DNA of 64,000 nt. It comes from the human T2T-CHM13v2.0 reference genome, Homo sapiens. The stretch lies in the NCBI RefSeq assembly GCF_009914755.1, contig NC_060925.1. One strand, 5' to 3'. The notes under the pieces were generated by a model. That model was not told the DNA's origin and searched no databases. It was given only the letters and a program-made list of their open reading frames with translations. Below, piece after piece: positions 14,336 through 28,659 of the stretch (positions within the stretch are counted from its first letter, which is position 1; every line of letters begins with the position of its first letter). A program made the translations under genes and the position numbers.

Positions 14336-14489
14336 TGCATTTTATTTTTTTAAAGAATGAAAATAATTATGTTTTAAGGAGATACAGTTATTTTACATTT
14401 CAGAATAGGACAGACTGATTTCTGTGTATGAGATTTCTGTCAAAATTGGCTGAATGATTATGCGATGAGAATAAAACAATGCAATATCT

Positions 14490-14700
14490 AACATGATGCG
14501 GGCTCTTCTTAGGGGCCAGGCACTTTGTTAGCACTTTTAAATATATTATCTTCTTTAGTCCTCAAGATAACCCTAAAAGATAGGTTTAATTTTCAGCCCC
14601 ATTTTACAGGTGAGGAAAGTGAGTCTTAGGAAAGTTAAATGACTTGCTCCAGGCCCCATGGTTAGAAAGTGGTGGCACCAGAATTCCTGGCCATACAATA
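14490..14700 (-). mobile_element. MIR
   Basis: cccattttacaggtgaggaaagtgag...gttaaatgacttgctcc. Confidence 0.75.
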
Positions 14701-16019
14701 GAATATGACCTAGATATAGACATTAACAGAGGAAAAACTTTTAATATAACTACAAATACTTTCCTACAACTATTGCATGGACCAAATGCATACGTTTTTA
14801 AAAATTTAATCAAGTTATCTTCAACTGAAATATAGCTCTGGTTTTGAAAAAATCCACACTTTTAGACAAAAATTGTCAATGTTTTCAATTTACCTTCTTA
14901 CTTGTACAGTATGAGTAAGAATAGTAACAAGCCAAAACCAAAAAGCAGAAACAAAAACCCCTTCATTTTCTATTCTGAAGTGCTGCATGTTAGTACAATG
15001 TAGAAAAGAGTATAGAATAACTACTAAATATGAACAAGAACATTTTCTAGGAAGCCCATTTACATCAGATTAAAAAAATCTGTTTCTCAGGAGGAACAAT
15101 TTGAACATTAATTAGGCCTGTTATAACCTTCTTAGAGTTGGTGGTGTTTTTTTCTCACAACAATTATAAGGAACATCATTATCATTTCCTCCACAGGGGT
15201 ATTTTTTTTCTTTTGACTATAAAAGTCAACTGATGCTTTACTTAATCCTCTTTGCTCACTCTGAGATTCTATTTTTTTGTAGTATATGCTTATGGGTATA
15301 CTTTACTATAGTCTTAAAATAGTTCACCATGTGAACATAAGAAATCAGATTTTGAAAATCACATAATGTCATGTACTTTATGGGATTTTCATGATTATTG
15401 TAAAATCCTGCTGCTAAAATGAATCTAGAAATACACTGCAAGGGATGAACAGTAAAGTATAATCTAAATCATCCCTGATGTTTCCAGGAAGAAGATACAA
15501 AAGCTATGAGTTATCTCAATCCTCAAACATGGCACAATTTGTATACAGTAGACTCAGACAAGGAGTGGAGTGATCAGAATGTAGACTTGGGATCTTTTAA
15601 CTGTAGAAGAACATGGTAGGTCCCAAGGCTAAGAAAACTTCCTCTTTCCCACCCACTTCTAGACTCTTTATCATACAGGGTTGGTGTTTCACATAATTGG
15701 GAGCTATACTGAGAATGTGAACTGAACACAAAACCTTAAGAGGAAGGAGAGACTACAAGATACTTACTGAGCAAGACTGGGATAGTGTGCAATGCTGGAA
15801 GCCCTGGAATCCACCATGAGACACGAGTGCTGGAGGGGACCACTTCAGATATACTTAATCATATGGCAAATGTCACACCACTTACGTACCTTTCCAAAAT
15901 GAGTAGTTTAATTTTTACTTCCAATAAGATTAAACCTACTAATTTTCCTGATAGAATTTTTGATAGTAGGAACTTTGCACATTGATATTTTCTTTTAAAA
16001 TTTTGTTGCACATACAAAT

Positions 16020-16152
16020 CAGGTGGGGATCTTTTTAAAATGCAGATTCTGGTTTTGTAGCTTTAGAGTGGGATCCTGGAGTGAGATCCTGCATTGGCCA
16101 AATTTTCGGGGGATGCTGCTGCTGCTGCTGGACCACACTTAGAACAGCAAAG
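16020..16152. mobile_element. MER5A-like hAT MITE
   Basis: taaaatgcagattctgg...gatgctgctgctg...ggaccacactt. Confidence 0.65.
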
Positions 16153-17229
16153 TCTTAAGCACTGGCAGGGGTGAATCTCATCTCAACTGAAATGCTGACT
16201 GCAAAAAAAAATTTCTTCTAAACAAATAGGTTTCTTCTTAATTTTTACTATTAGATTATATCAACATTTTCCTAGCCTTTCAAAGAATGCACTACTTATA
16301 ATAAGAAGTCATGTTTGAAGAAACAAGAATAATTTGCTGATTAAATACTAATAAGACTAAAAATAAAACTTAGGATGCAAGTGCACCATTGAGAACAGCT
16401 TTGCCCATGGATTTGATCTCAGGAAATGGAATTGCTTAGAAAGATGCCTTGTCCTTGCCTAACTTATATACTCCATTGAGGGCCTTATCGCTATCTCAAA
16501 GGTAAATCGTTCTTGTTAAAACTCCAAACATGTAGCTGCTATGCCTAAATGGGTGCATTTTATATGACATCTCTTAATTGTTTGTTTAACAGCTCTGATT
16601 AGGACTCTTAATAGCTGTTAACATGTTTGCTTAGTATAATTTGTAAGTTCTTTATGGTGAAGGCTGGTTTATCTTTCTTCACAGCAGGGCATCAGGTGCC
16701 ATTATAAGGATCGTTGCCACCATTAATTATTTCTATATGTGTGAATATCCCTATAGTGAGCTATTTTAAAGAGAGGCCCCTAGATTCTCAGCAGGACCAG
16801 CCCTACACAGGAGCAGAGTAGGTGGTGGCCCCCGTGCAGCGTGATTTGACGTGTTCCATAAAGCACCAAATAGCCTCCTCCAGGGGTCTGACACAGTGCC
16901 CTGAATTTTTACTTTAGGTGCAGACGCATTTAATAGAGGCCGACCTGTGCAGAACAACTGTACAAATACCTGGATGGTAACAGAGGGTTGTGGGGAGCTA
17001 TTCTTTTCTCATTATTTCTCATAAAATGAGATTAACTAGATTATCAGTAAATTACCTATTTATGGAGATTTACGTCTTCAAAATCTTCTTTACATACATT
17101 ATTTCTTTCAGTACTCAAACCTGACTTAGTCAGGAGAGGGAGTAATATTCTTACTTGTAAAATGGAAAGAGCTTGGACTTGAAGTCCTGTTTCTTAAAGT
17201 CAATCTTGTGGTTTCTATGCCATATTAAG

Positions 17230-18960
17230 TTAAGAGGCTGAGAGCATGCACACAGAAGTCAAGCAGAATAGAGTTCCAATTACATCTTAGCTGTGTAATC
17301 ATGAGCATTTTTTTCACTTAAAAATGGAGATTAAATACTTAGCACATAGGAAACTAAAAGGCAACATACTTAAGTGCTTAAAATAGTAGCTTATACTCAG
17401 CTACATTGGCACCAAAATTAAATTTCATACTATGAATAAATCATTAGGGCATGAATTAGGCAGGATATAATTTTTTTAATGTAATACATTTTTGGTCAAA
17501 TACTGCAGAGGAAAGGCATGGACCTTATTTTTATTTGCATTAAATAATGATCTCCAAAAAAAAAAAGCTTTGGTTTTGTTGTCAGAAGACTCAGGTCTGA
17601 GACCCAACTCTTGTCATCTGGCAGCTGTGTAACTAGGGCTAGTCATTTAGCTTGTTGATTCCCTTCTCCCTCCTTTACATCTGAAAAAGGAGGATGATAA
17701 CATCTTATTGTTGTGAAGATTAAATTATACCATGAAGGTGGAAGTACTGTGGAAATTATAAAGCTTAGACAGAATGGTACTAAACCTCATAGGTATTGTA
17801 GAATTTCACGTAATCTAGAATTTCAAGTGCCTGGCAGAGGCCAAAATGGGAAGTTTTGCCTATTAAAAAAAAGCTCACTTCATCTGAAAAGTAAAATAAA
17901 TTTACAAGGAAGCTATCAAATAAAATCTAAATTAGATTAAAAATATTTATCCCAGGTAAATAATTTGGCAGAGAAGAGTTCTACAAAAGCAGGAACACCC
18001 TGAGACTGGCACATGCTTTTGTGTAATCAAATAGCACATTTTTCAAATGCTATTTTAAAATATAACAAAGTTTAAAAATAGAGATCTTGATCTATTAAAC
18101 ACAACTCAGATAAACCCATGACCATAATTATCCCTTTTCATTTCTTATCATACAGGTGGATAAACTACACTTCAGGACTTAGAAGTATGTGCCTCCAGGT
18201 TATATGCAAGTAAAATATATGCTTACAATTTAAGTCTAAAGTTGTCTCAAATTTACTGTAAATTCATTAGTAAAAGTTCTATTGGAGAATTACTACATTT
18301 AAGCAAAAACGGAAATTCTTCTGCAATGGTTATCACATCACAAATTGCATTAATAACTGAGTTATGTATCTGGAAGAGGTTCAAGAAGCCTCCCATGAAT
18401 GTGGTTCATATATGAAACACTGAATAAGAAGGGTTGTTCATCCAATTCTTAAAGCTTTCTCAGGAAAAAGAAGGTTATATTATCTCTTCTTACTAACCTA
18501 TTTTGATAAGCACATATTTTGTTTAAACTATGCAAAACATCTGCAATATTTTATATAGCACTTTATAGTTTTCAAAGCATGCTGTCAAAAAGAAATATCT
18601 ATACAATGATTTATAGTTTTCAAAGCATGGTGACAAACAAGATTAAAGGGAATTTAGACTTTTTTTCAGACCAGCTTCCTCATTTCAGAGATCAGGAGTC
18701 CAGACTGGCTAAATGATCTGTGCATGGTACACAGCTAGTTGGAGGCAGTGCTGGCAGACCCGCCTGGTTTGAAGCTCTTTCTGCTACAACACTGTCTGTC
18801 AATATCATCGTACAGCAGTTCTAAGAGAAAGACAGAGAAGGTGCTATGAATTGTTCAGTAAGTGAGGAAATTGAAACCAAACATTGAATGCAGTGCCCAA
18901 AATCAAGATTAGTAACTGGGAGGGCCAACAGTAAGACTCAGAATTTCTGACCTCTGCAGA
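17230..18960. mobile_element. Cluster of MIR fragments (~17230-17400 +, 17560-17760 +, 18660-18790 -, 18860-18960 -)
   Basis: MIR core motifs agctgtgtaac/ctcattt/gaggaaattgaa. Confidence 0.55.
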
Positions 18961-21362
18961 GCTTTTTATCTTTTCTTTTTATTATTATTTCCATAAATTT
19001 CAAAGCCTTAAATGAGATGAAAGTCTTACATATATAAACAAGCATATATGTATAATTTTCATAAAAAGAAGCGAAGTGATTTCACATTTATTAGTTAATT
19101 ATTATGACAGAAATCCACAGATTTTTAACATTTAAGGTTTTAATATTTGGATGACCCACTTAAAATTTCTTACTTTAACTGGAAACTAAATTTCTCCTGT
19201 TTTCGGATGTTATGCAGTTTCTAATTCTATCTGTCCACACCTACTGATTAAAAAAATCAGATTTTCTGAAGGCATGGAATCAATAATTACTCACGGAATT
19301 GAGTTCTGACCAGTACTAACAAACAGATGTATAAAACTACATTGTACTTTAAAAATGGATGTACAATACATATAGATAAGGTAAGAATTCAGAATAACAA
19401 TATCCGCCTATGAGCTTTTGGTACTACATAAACATGGCATTGCTTACTGGAATTCATGAATAAAACACCAAAATTATAATTTTATAAAAATATAGGTTAA
19501 AAGACAGCCCCTGGAGATACATAGTAAATAGGGAACTAGATGGGGATGTATTTGTATATTCACATAAAACCACAAATCTTAGTTGTTCTATCATATTAGT
19601 TTCTATTTGTTGGAGCTGTACAACATCAAAGTCATGATGTCCCTATATATTGCATTTAGCAGTAATGTAACGGACTACGTGAAGAAATCAAAGTGAGAGT
19701 TTCTAAGTAGTTTCCTGGCAATTGAGACAGCAGGCTCTCTCATCTGCTCTGTAACTGTGGCAGTGCATTGATTTAAACTCCTTCTGAGATCTCAAATGCT
19801 TTTATATTCTTAGGTCTCTCAAGCAGCTTTTTTTTTTTTTTTCCCAAAGTGATAAAATTCCAGCATTCAGCAGAATACCATCTTGTTTCCCCCAAAAGGA
19901 GAGGGCTTATTTCAGCTTTGCTACGAAACTGCACAGGATCACTAAGTAAAATAGCTGTCCAAATGTCATTCTACTAAGAAATCTGGCTTTGAGTTCAGTT
20001 GTCTATGTTCTGACCACAGCAAATAGGATTGGGAAAAAAAGAACAACAAACGAATAGCCCCGGAGATGTTGTTTTTCAAAAGTTCAGTTCAGAAAAATTG
20101 CCGAAATGGATAAGTAGTTCTGCTTATTAAATATTTTCAAAGTTGTTTTTAATTGCCACTCATTGATCAGTCCAAATGGTATAGGAGTCATTTATTTTGT
20201 AAATCATATATTTCTTCTCAGTACATTACTTATCCTCTGAAACGATAAATTCTCTGATAAATTTTAAGTATAAAAATTTCCCCCTTTTCCTCCAATTAGG
20301 AAGGAACTTTATGTAGCCTGAAAGTCTATTTTTCAGTGTAACTCTGTGGTCATTCTTTAATTAATTTCTTAACCCAAGATCAGCTAAAGACAGACTGAAG
20401 AGAATAATATGTTTTCAAGGTATATTATACTGAGATCCAAACCACATTTTGCCAGCCAGAATATAATCATCAATTCTCCAAGTATTTTCTCAAAGGCAGC
20501 ATATGATGGGCCACCCACTCGACTACTATTCAGAAGAGCATTTGTGAGACTGATCTTCTCTGTTGCACTTTGTTGATGACACAGCTTCACTGAAGATGGC
20601 CTGCGCTGATTAGTCAAAGGGCTGTGCCCTGCAGGCGAGACTGCCCTGCCCCCTTCCTTGTATCTGTCCTTTACAAAGTGAGCTCTAACTGGACTCAGAT
20701 CTCAATAATGACTGCAACCAAGAAATAATAATAAGAACCATACAGAGACACAGCACCTCTGTCTGCCTTTTATGTGACACTAGAGATAAAATGGGTGAGA
20801 CAGGTACAACATGTAGGGCCAAAGAATGGTGATTACTGTTCTGTCTCTTCAAAGATATTGCTGTTGATGGCTCTGCTTCCCAACGGGCATAAATACAAGA
20901 CTCAAAAGACTGAGGTAACAACTGGAGTCTTCTACACACCAGGATCCTATGCAGCCCATTCTTTGGTTAGGAACTGTGGCTGCAGTTTGAGGAAGCTTGG
21001 CCACTGCTCTTCAGAGGCAGTAGGATTTTTCTACTAACATCGTTTCTCACCATCAGGCTTTGGTGCTGCATCAGTTACCACAGCAATTTTCAATTACTCT
21101 GCAGTAACACAGGTGGTGGTGTAAGGGTTTGCATGTAGCATTGTGCATGCTCAGCACCTCTCATGATAAAAGTGGGGTAAGAAAAGGAAACTAAACATCC
21201 AAACAATAGCTGTCAGAAGACTCAAATCCTTAATTTTAGGCAATCTTTCTTTTTCAACAGAGTCAACACAGCTGGGAAAACTTGATTTATCATATCATTC
21301 ACTAAAATACCAGATAGAGTTTGATCACAGAGGAGAAGTCATAATGCTTAGAGAGAAAAAGT

Positions 21363-21605
21363 TCAGGAAGGGGAATATCACACTCTGGGGACTGTTGTGG
21401 GGTGGGGGGAGGTGGGCGGGATAGCATTGGGAGATATACCTAATGCTAGATGACGAGTTAGTGGGTGCAGCGCACCAGCATGGCACATGTATACATATGT
21501 AACTAACCTGCACAAGCACATGTACCCTAAAACTTAAAGTATAATAAAAAAAATAAAAAAAATAATAAAGGATGAGTTCAGACCCCCCCCCCCCAAAAAA
21601 AAAAA
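21363..21605 (+). mobile_element. Young L1PA2-like 3' end with extra 3' sequence and TSD
   Basis: ggggaatatcacactctgggg and gatgacGAGttag (GAG rather than the Ta ACA or pre-Ta ACG); TSD agagaaaaagt at 21352-21362 and 21606-21616. Confidence 0.92.
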
Positions 21606-22897
21606 AGAGAAAAAGTCTATAGGGAAAATTAACGCATGGAATTTTTTTCTGAACTCTGAAGATGGATGAAAGTTATGTGGTCACTCAATAACTAAGCAGA
21701 CATTCACATTCCAAAAAAAAAAAAAAAAGAACAACTCACCTACAATGAGAAACATTAGTTAACATGAAAATAACATCTCAAATAGTCCTGACTACCTCTG
21801 AAAGCATTCACAATTCAGTAGTTGGTGTGATAGTTAATCTATAATTGATAAAAACACAAATTTGTGAGAGAGTACAACTTGGCTGTTATCAGTGAGTCAA
21901 CAATTTTGACTGAGTTGCCAATATATTCTGGGACACAAAAGTTAAAGTTCAGTTGATTAAGAGTGAATAAACTATGTAAGAGTTAAGCGTTATAGGAAAA
22001 ACAAAACAACCTTACCAATGTTGAAGTTAATATATGGTAAACACGGTGCATATTTATGGGAGGGCTAGAGAAGCAAAGCAATAAGGTTTGCATTTGTTAA
22101 AAGGAACTTTTAAAAATACTAAACTCATTTTTAATCCCTTTACTGTGTATATGGAAAAATAAAAGCTCACAAAGTTTGTGGTTTTGCAGAAAGACCAGGA
22201 AAATAAATTGTATGCTAGTTTTTTTTGGCTTTTTGTTTTAATGAAGGCCAAGAACCTAAAAGTAAAATGCCTGGTCTTCAGCTACAAAAGATGGATCTAC
22301 TGGAACATGGTTACAGACAAACAAATGCAATGTCCAAAGAAGTAGTTTTATTTATGCCTTCTCACTAAAAGGGCACATATTTTATGATTTGTGACTCTGA
22401 CAACCTGAAGAAAGATTACAAACACCAGTAAAAGTTCTAGGCTGAGGGTTTTAGGAGGATGCTTAGAGATGACCATATAATTTACCATCCAAACTGTGAC
22501 ACTTGAGAGTAAACAGGAAACTATTAATGAAAATACCAGGACCAGCAGTATAAACTGGGATTGTCCTGTACCACTAGGATCTGTGATTCCCTTACTCAGA
22601 GGGTTTTTTTCATTCCTGTCTTTATATTGGAGGGAGACTTTCACTTGTCCCTGTGGAATGCATTCCAAAATGCTCCGTTACTTTTGGTTTAGTTTAACAT
22701 TCTGGTCTTTCAGATACTTATGCAGGCCTCAGAGCATTAACATTGGATCTAATTCACCAGGCTTTTATTACTTAGGTGGGGATTTGGAATCCTGGAGACC
22801 TGACTTGATCCAATAAGAGGACCCGACTTGATCCTGTTATTGACCCAGATAATCCTAGATTTAAAGGGTCCCTTTTGGCCTCCAACTTTAAAAAAAA

Positions 22898-23830
22898 TAA
22901 TTAATAGACTTTGCTTTTTAGTACACTTTTAGATTTACAGAATAATTGGGCAGATAGTACATAGAGTTTCATACGCCCACACCACCCCCAAACTCGGCAC
23001 CTTCCCCATTATTAATATCTTGCATTAGATGGTACATCTGTTACAGTTAAAGCACCAATATTGATATGCTATTATTAAAATTCATAGTTTATATTAAGAT
23101 TCACTCTTTGCATTGTACCTTTCTATGGTTTTTGACAAATGTATAATGACATGTATTCATCATTAGAGTTTTATACAGAATAGCTTCACTGCCCTAAAAA
23201 TCTACTATGCTGTACGTATTCATCCCCCTCACCCTCACCTCCCCCATCCCCTGGCAACCACTGATCTTTTTTACTGTCTCCATAGTTTTGCCTTTTCCAA
23301 TATGTCGTATAATTGAAATCACATATATGTAGCTTTTTCAGATTGACTTATTTCACTTAGCAGTATGCATTTAAGGTTGCTCCAGGTTGTTCTGTAGCAA
23401 CAGAATCCATTCACCTATTGAAAAATTATCACAGTTTTTTTCAACTTTAGTAAGAACTTCATATATTTTAAAATATAAAACCATTTTTCTATATAGCCAA
23501 ATAATATTTTAACAGTTAATAAAATAAATAATTCCTTAGTGTAATCTGATATCCATAGTACAATTTCCATAATATTTTTATAGCTAGTTTATCCAAGCCT
23601 AGGTTCAATCCAGGACTGCATGTTGCATCCAGTTGCTCTGTCCTTCAAGGTTCCTTTTATCTGGCACAGCCTCTTTTTCATTGCACCAGCCTGTTGTAGA
23701 AACCCTACTGCTGGAGTCTGGCTGCTTTGCCACAGTGTTCTTTACATTTCTTTCCTCTAACCCTTGCATCTCCTGGAAACTTGTACTTGTCTTGAATCTT
23801 GTTGAACTCTCACACAATGTGGTTCACTAG
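22898..23830 (-). mobile_element. L1MC-type 3' UTR fragments
   Basis: ttttagatttacagaataattgggcagatagtacatagag...ccctggcaaccactgatctttt. Confidence 0.8.
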
Positions 23831-23944
23831 AATTGGGTCCTCACAGGGCATCTCCAGCGCTTAATGGGAATGGGGTGGCAGGGAATGAATGGTGGACATT
23901 GCCTGTAATCATGGGCTTGCTCTGCTGTCCCACTGGACTTCAGT

Positions 23945-24070
23945 TTAACCCTTTTATGATAAAAGATACAACTCAGAAACAGCCAAACAGAAAAGATGCA
24001 TAGGGCAAGGTATGAGGGAGGGGTACGGAGCTTCCATGTCTTCTCCAGACACTCCTCCAAGGGTCTTTCA
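23945..24070. mobile_element. MER21-like LTR fragment
   Basis: gatacaactcagaaacagccaaacagaaaagatgcatagggcaaggtatg...gagcttccatg. Confidence 0.55.
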
Positions 24071-24544
24071 GCCTAAAAAAAAAACTCAAAGGGGACAGGG
24101 GAGGCAAGGAGCTACTCAAAATCCATATCCTTTAAGGGTGGAAAAGTTTGGTGTATTTTAACAAACTTAATATTCTGTCCTTTTGTAACTTATTTCTTTA
24201 TGCTTTACCCAAATTCCCTTATGATTACAGCATTTTGAAATTTACTTAGGTTACTTATTATGTTTTAAACCCTGTTCAAAATATGTCTACATGTAGCACC
24301 ACATTGAAACTCACAATAGCACCTTGGGTAAGTATTATTATTTTCTTCAGTTAGCAGATGGGTAAATATGGGGTCAGAAATTACAGGCCTTGATTAAGAT
24401 CACACAGCTACTAAATGGCAGAACAAAGATTAAAATTCTGGCTCAGTTTGCCCACAGGATCCTTTCTTGTAACCACAGTGCAGTCCTGCTTTCTGTTCTG
24501 ACCACTACTACGAAGGCAACTGGCTTTCATGTGAAAACAGGGAG

Positions 24545-24548
<4 letters not shown>

Positions 24549-24604
<56 letters not shown>

Positions 24605-24825
24605 CTATATGCTTATAATGCATATGTGCATATACATGTTTATATGTTTATGTTAATGTATGTTTTATATGTATGTGTGTATATGTTTTTAGGTTTATGC
24701 ATACACATACATATACACACAAGCATCTATATACACACAATATTGTATGTATGATATACAATATATGTACATATATTTATACATAGACACATATATACAC
24801 ATATATACCTATGTATATGTAGTAT
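24549..24825. repeat. (TA)26 followed by degenerate TA/CA-rich low-complexity tract
   Basis: Pure TA at 24549-24600. Confidence 0.95.
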
Positions 24826-26046
24826 AGATTTCTTGTAAGTATTATATCAAATAAAACATACATAATTATCTACTTCAGTGCCTAAATAACTGCACAATAG
24901 GTATCATCATTTGGATCTCATTCACCAGATTTCAGAGACACAGCAAAAAGGGCAGAGACTATATTTCTTTTGGTTACCATTGTACACCCAGTACTTACCA
25001 CATAAAGATCTTTGCCTGGCATATGACTTATTCAATGGATGAATACATGAAGCAAAATAAAAATATTGTAATAGTATCAGTCAGTGACAAACACAATTCC
25101 CTTTCATTCCCTGTCCAGAATACATTTTTCTCTCCAATTATACGAATATATCATAATTAAGAACTCACATCAATCCACAAGAGAATACTTTTCTCTCAAC
25201 TTTTGCTGCACTCTATATCACTCATTGCATCATTTATACATTAATATCTTTGCATTATTACTTAACTCTTCTTTGGATATGCCAATGTATTTCAAGGATG
25301 CAGGGAGTAACTCTACTTCTTCAGCATTTTTCTTCATATTCAAAGTACTATTTGTCACAGACAAACTGGACAAAGCCTGTGTATAGATTTTTGCATCTCT
25401 GGTGTTCCCAGTCTGGATGCCTGAGTCTTATCAGCAATTGTCATTTGATTATGTTTTCTCTTATGATAGTCCCCTTTAACACTAACTGAAGGAATGTATA
25501 ATTAAGAACCCTATAAAAGATCTCATTTAACAATGACTGAATTCACACTATCAAATCCAATATATACAATGTTCTAATTTTCACACATATATATTAAAGC
25601 AATCTGGATTCTAACTCTAATAAAGGACAGATAAAACAGAGCCCAGAGACGCTAAGGAAAAGGTCTTCTATCTTGTTTTGTGTCTAGACTCTCTTATCTA
25701 ATTTTTTTGGGTTTCTGCATCACGCACCAATAGAGGTCAGTCCAGCATTCTTGGGTCAGGAATAATGTTTTCATTTTAAAGAATTCCCTCTCTATCTTTA
25801 ATTATTTCAAGTTCATAAAGTTCAACACTTCATCAAATTACTTTGAAATAGTTCAAAGTAAATGATAAAATGTATTATTGAGCAAATTTGTACAAATATT
25901 ATTGCCATTGTAAATGATTTGCTTCCTCTAATACAGGTCCTGCAAAACCACTGCACATGCCCAGTAAAGGCCTTCTCTCTGTTTGCTGGGAATGTAGCCA
26001 GGAGTGTTTAATAGATTATTCTGAATTTTTACCAGAAGAGAGCAAT

Positions 26047-26498
<452 letters not shown>

Positions 26499-28659
26499 AA
26501 GGGAGCTATATTCAAACTCATCATTTCTTCAAAAACTTTCTCTATTACTCAAAAACTACCTACTAATTAATTTATTCTTTCATTCAGCACATGTTAATTT
26601 ATGGACTAATCTTCCGGTTTCTTTTCACATTCAATTATCAAACAAAATTGTTGACTGAAGCAGCCTGAGGTTATGCTGTTTGTTTTCTGTCAGAATGAAC
26701 TTTCCATGCAGAGCTGTTGTGAGGACCAAATGAGATAAGAATTATTAAGTACTGTTTACTAGGAAGGCCTCCCTTGTTGGTATAGGTGTGACACAATGCG
26801 TTTGATTCAGAGGTAAGAATAATTATTCAAGTTCTGAATTTTGTATCTGAATGTGCAACTGGTGTCTTCTGAGGTGTGTGTGTGTGTGTTCCATATTGAC
26901 TAATTTCTAAGATGAGTTGCTCCATTGAGCTCCAGGACCAAAATGATCATATCTTTGTTGTAAACAATTAACTTAATCACACACAGATAAACATATAAGA
27001 TCGAATTTTGAGACAAGGAAATGACCTGACTTTCAATTGTTATGCTTTGAGAGTATAAACCAGAATCATATTACCACCGCCTACCCATAAATCAATATAC
27101 TACAGGTTTTAAATCAATTATTGAATATGAATTAGGTCAAAGAAAAGGTAAATAAGGTAAATAAATACAGGTAAGTTGGATTTTATGTGTTTTATATTTC
27201 ATTTTTGTCTATAAAATGTCACACTTTAAACCATTGCTTATATTTTGAATCTGCTTATAATCAACATTACCTAATTAAATAATGCTCAGACATGCAATAG
27301 AATTGGCTTTTTTTAAACTCCCTCCAGATTACTCACATTTATTTTTTGTGTTTTAGAGACATCAGGCCTTATAAATGTGCAACAGTATTCTTACTGTAGC
27401 TGTGTAAGACCAGGCATGTGTAATGTGTGATGTATTTGGCCATACAAATTCACCAGTGATTAAACTGATTTTTTGCTTGTGTCATTGTTTTTAGGCTCAA
27501 TGATGAGTCGTGAAACTTTCCTCTCACCTCATATTCATTGCTACATCTGGTGTCATCCAGAGTTAATATCCACGATGTACTGATTGATTTAGGAAGATGA
27601 TAATGAGATTATTGCTTATGCCCTTAAAGCATGACAACTGAAATCCCATCATTTTCCACATGAGGAAATATGCTAAATATTATAATATCTGACAGGTCTA
27701 TCACTGTGGGATTAAGCCAGCTATCTGAAACAAAGGTTTGATATTTTGATCTTTAGACATATTATCTTCTTTCGTCTTACAAACACAGAATTGTTGATTT
27801 GGAGATAATGGCAGTTTATATTTGCATGCCTACATCTTTAATTCCACAAACTGTTAAGGTCCTCCTGGTTCATATCTGCCAAACGAAGCTAAGAGCAAAC
27901 ATTGTTCTTTCTTCTGATTATGTGGGGCATGACCATAGAATAGGGGAAGAGAAATGTTTAACTTGGAGCATTTATATTTCAGGCCAGGAGAATCTGGTTT
28001 AAAAGTTTTCAAAAGACTGATGAGCCACAAAAATATTAAATGTGTAGGAAATCTGACCAGTTAAACAAAATGAAGAAGGAATGTTTCCTGAATATTCAAA
28101 GAAGGCAAGTTATAGAATTGGATGAGCATGTGTTTAAAGCTAATAAATGTAGAGCGTTTTTTTCCCTCCCCCTTGGAGGGAAATGTTTTATAGACCATTT
28201 ACTTATTTTATTTTAAAATGTACATTTGATATGAATTTCATTTCTTTTACTCTTTCCTCAAAGATTCATAATCTTCTAAAATTTAGCTTCAGGAACATAT
28301 TTCTGAGAATGACAAGAGCTTACTGAAACTGGCCTCTGAACTATTCAAAACACAGTTGCTTATTGTCCATTTTTAAACATTCATTGGTCGAGACTTACAG
28401 TAAGGCATTCCTCTCTCCCCTTAGCATCTGTCCACAAGCAAGTATGCACATATCTGCTTTGTGCCTAATATTATTTCAATTACTATGAGGCATTCTTAAG
28501 AAGTGAAAATGCACATACATCCTAGCTAGGAGATAAGACATACATTCATTTATCTGCATTGGCTTGTACATGCATTTTCAGGCTTGAGACATGTCTAGAA
28601 AGTAGGATAGAAACAAAGAGATACTAGTGCCTATCTGACATTTTCACGGAGGTGTTTCC

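Noticed and set aside
21387-21432. G-quadruplex-forming G-runs
   Set aside because: This is the standard L1PA 3' UTR G-tract and is not locus-specific.
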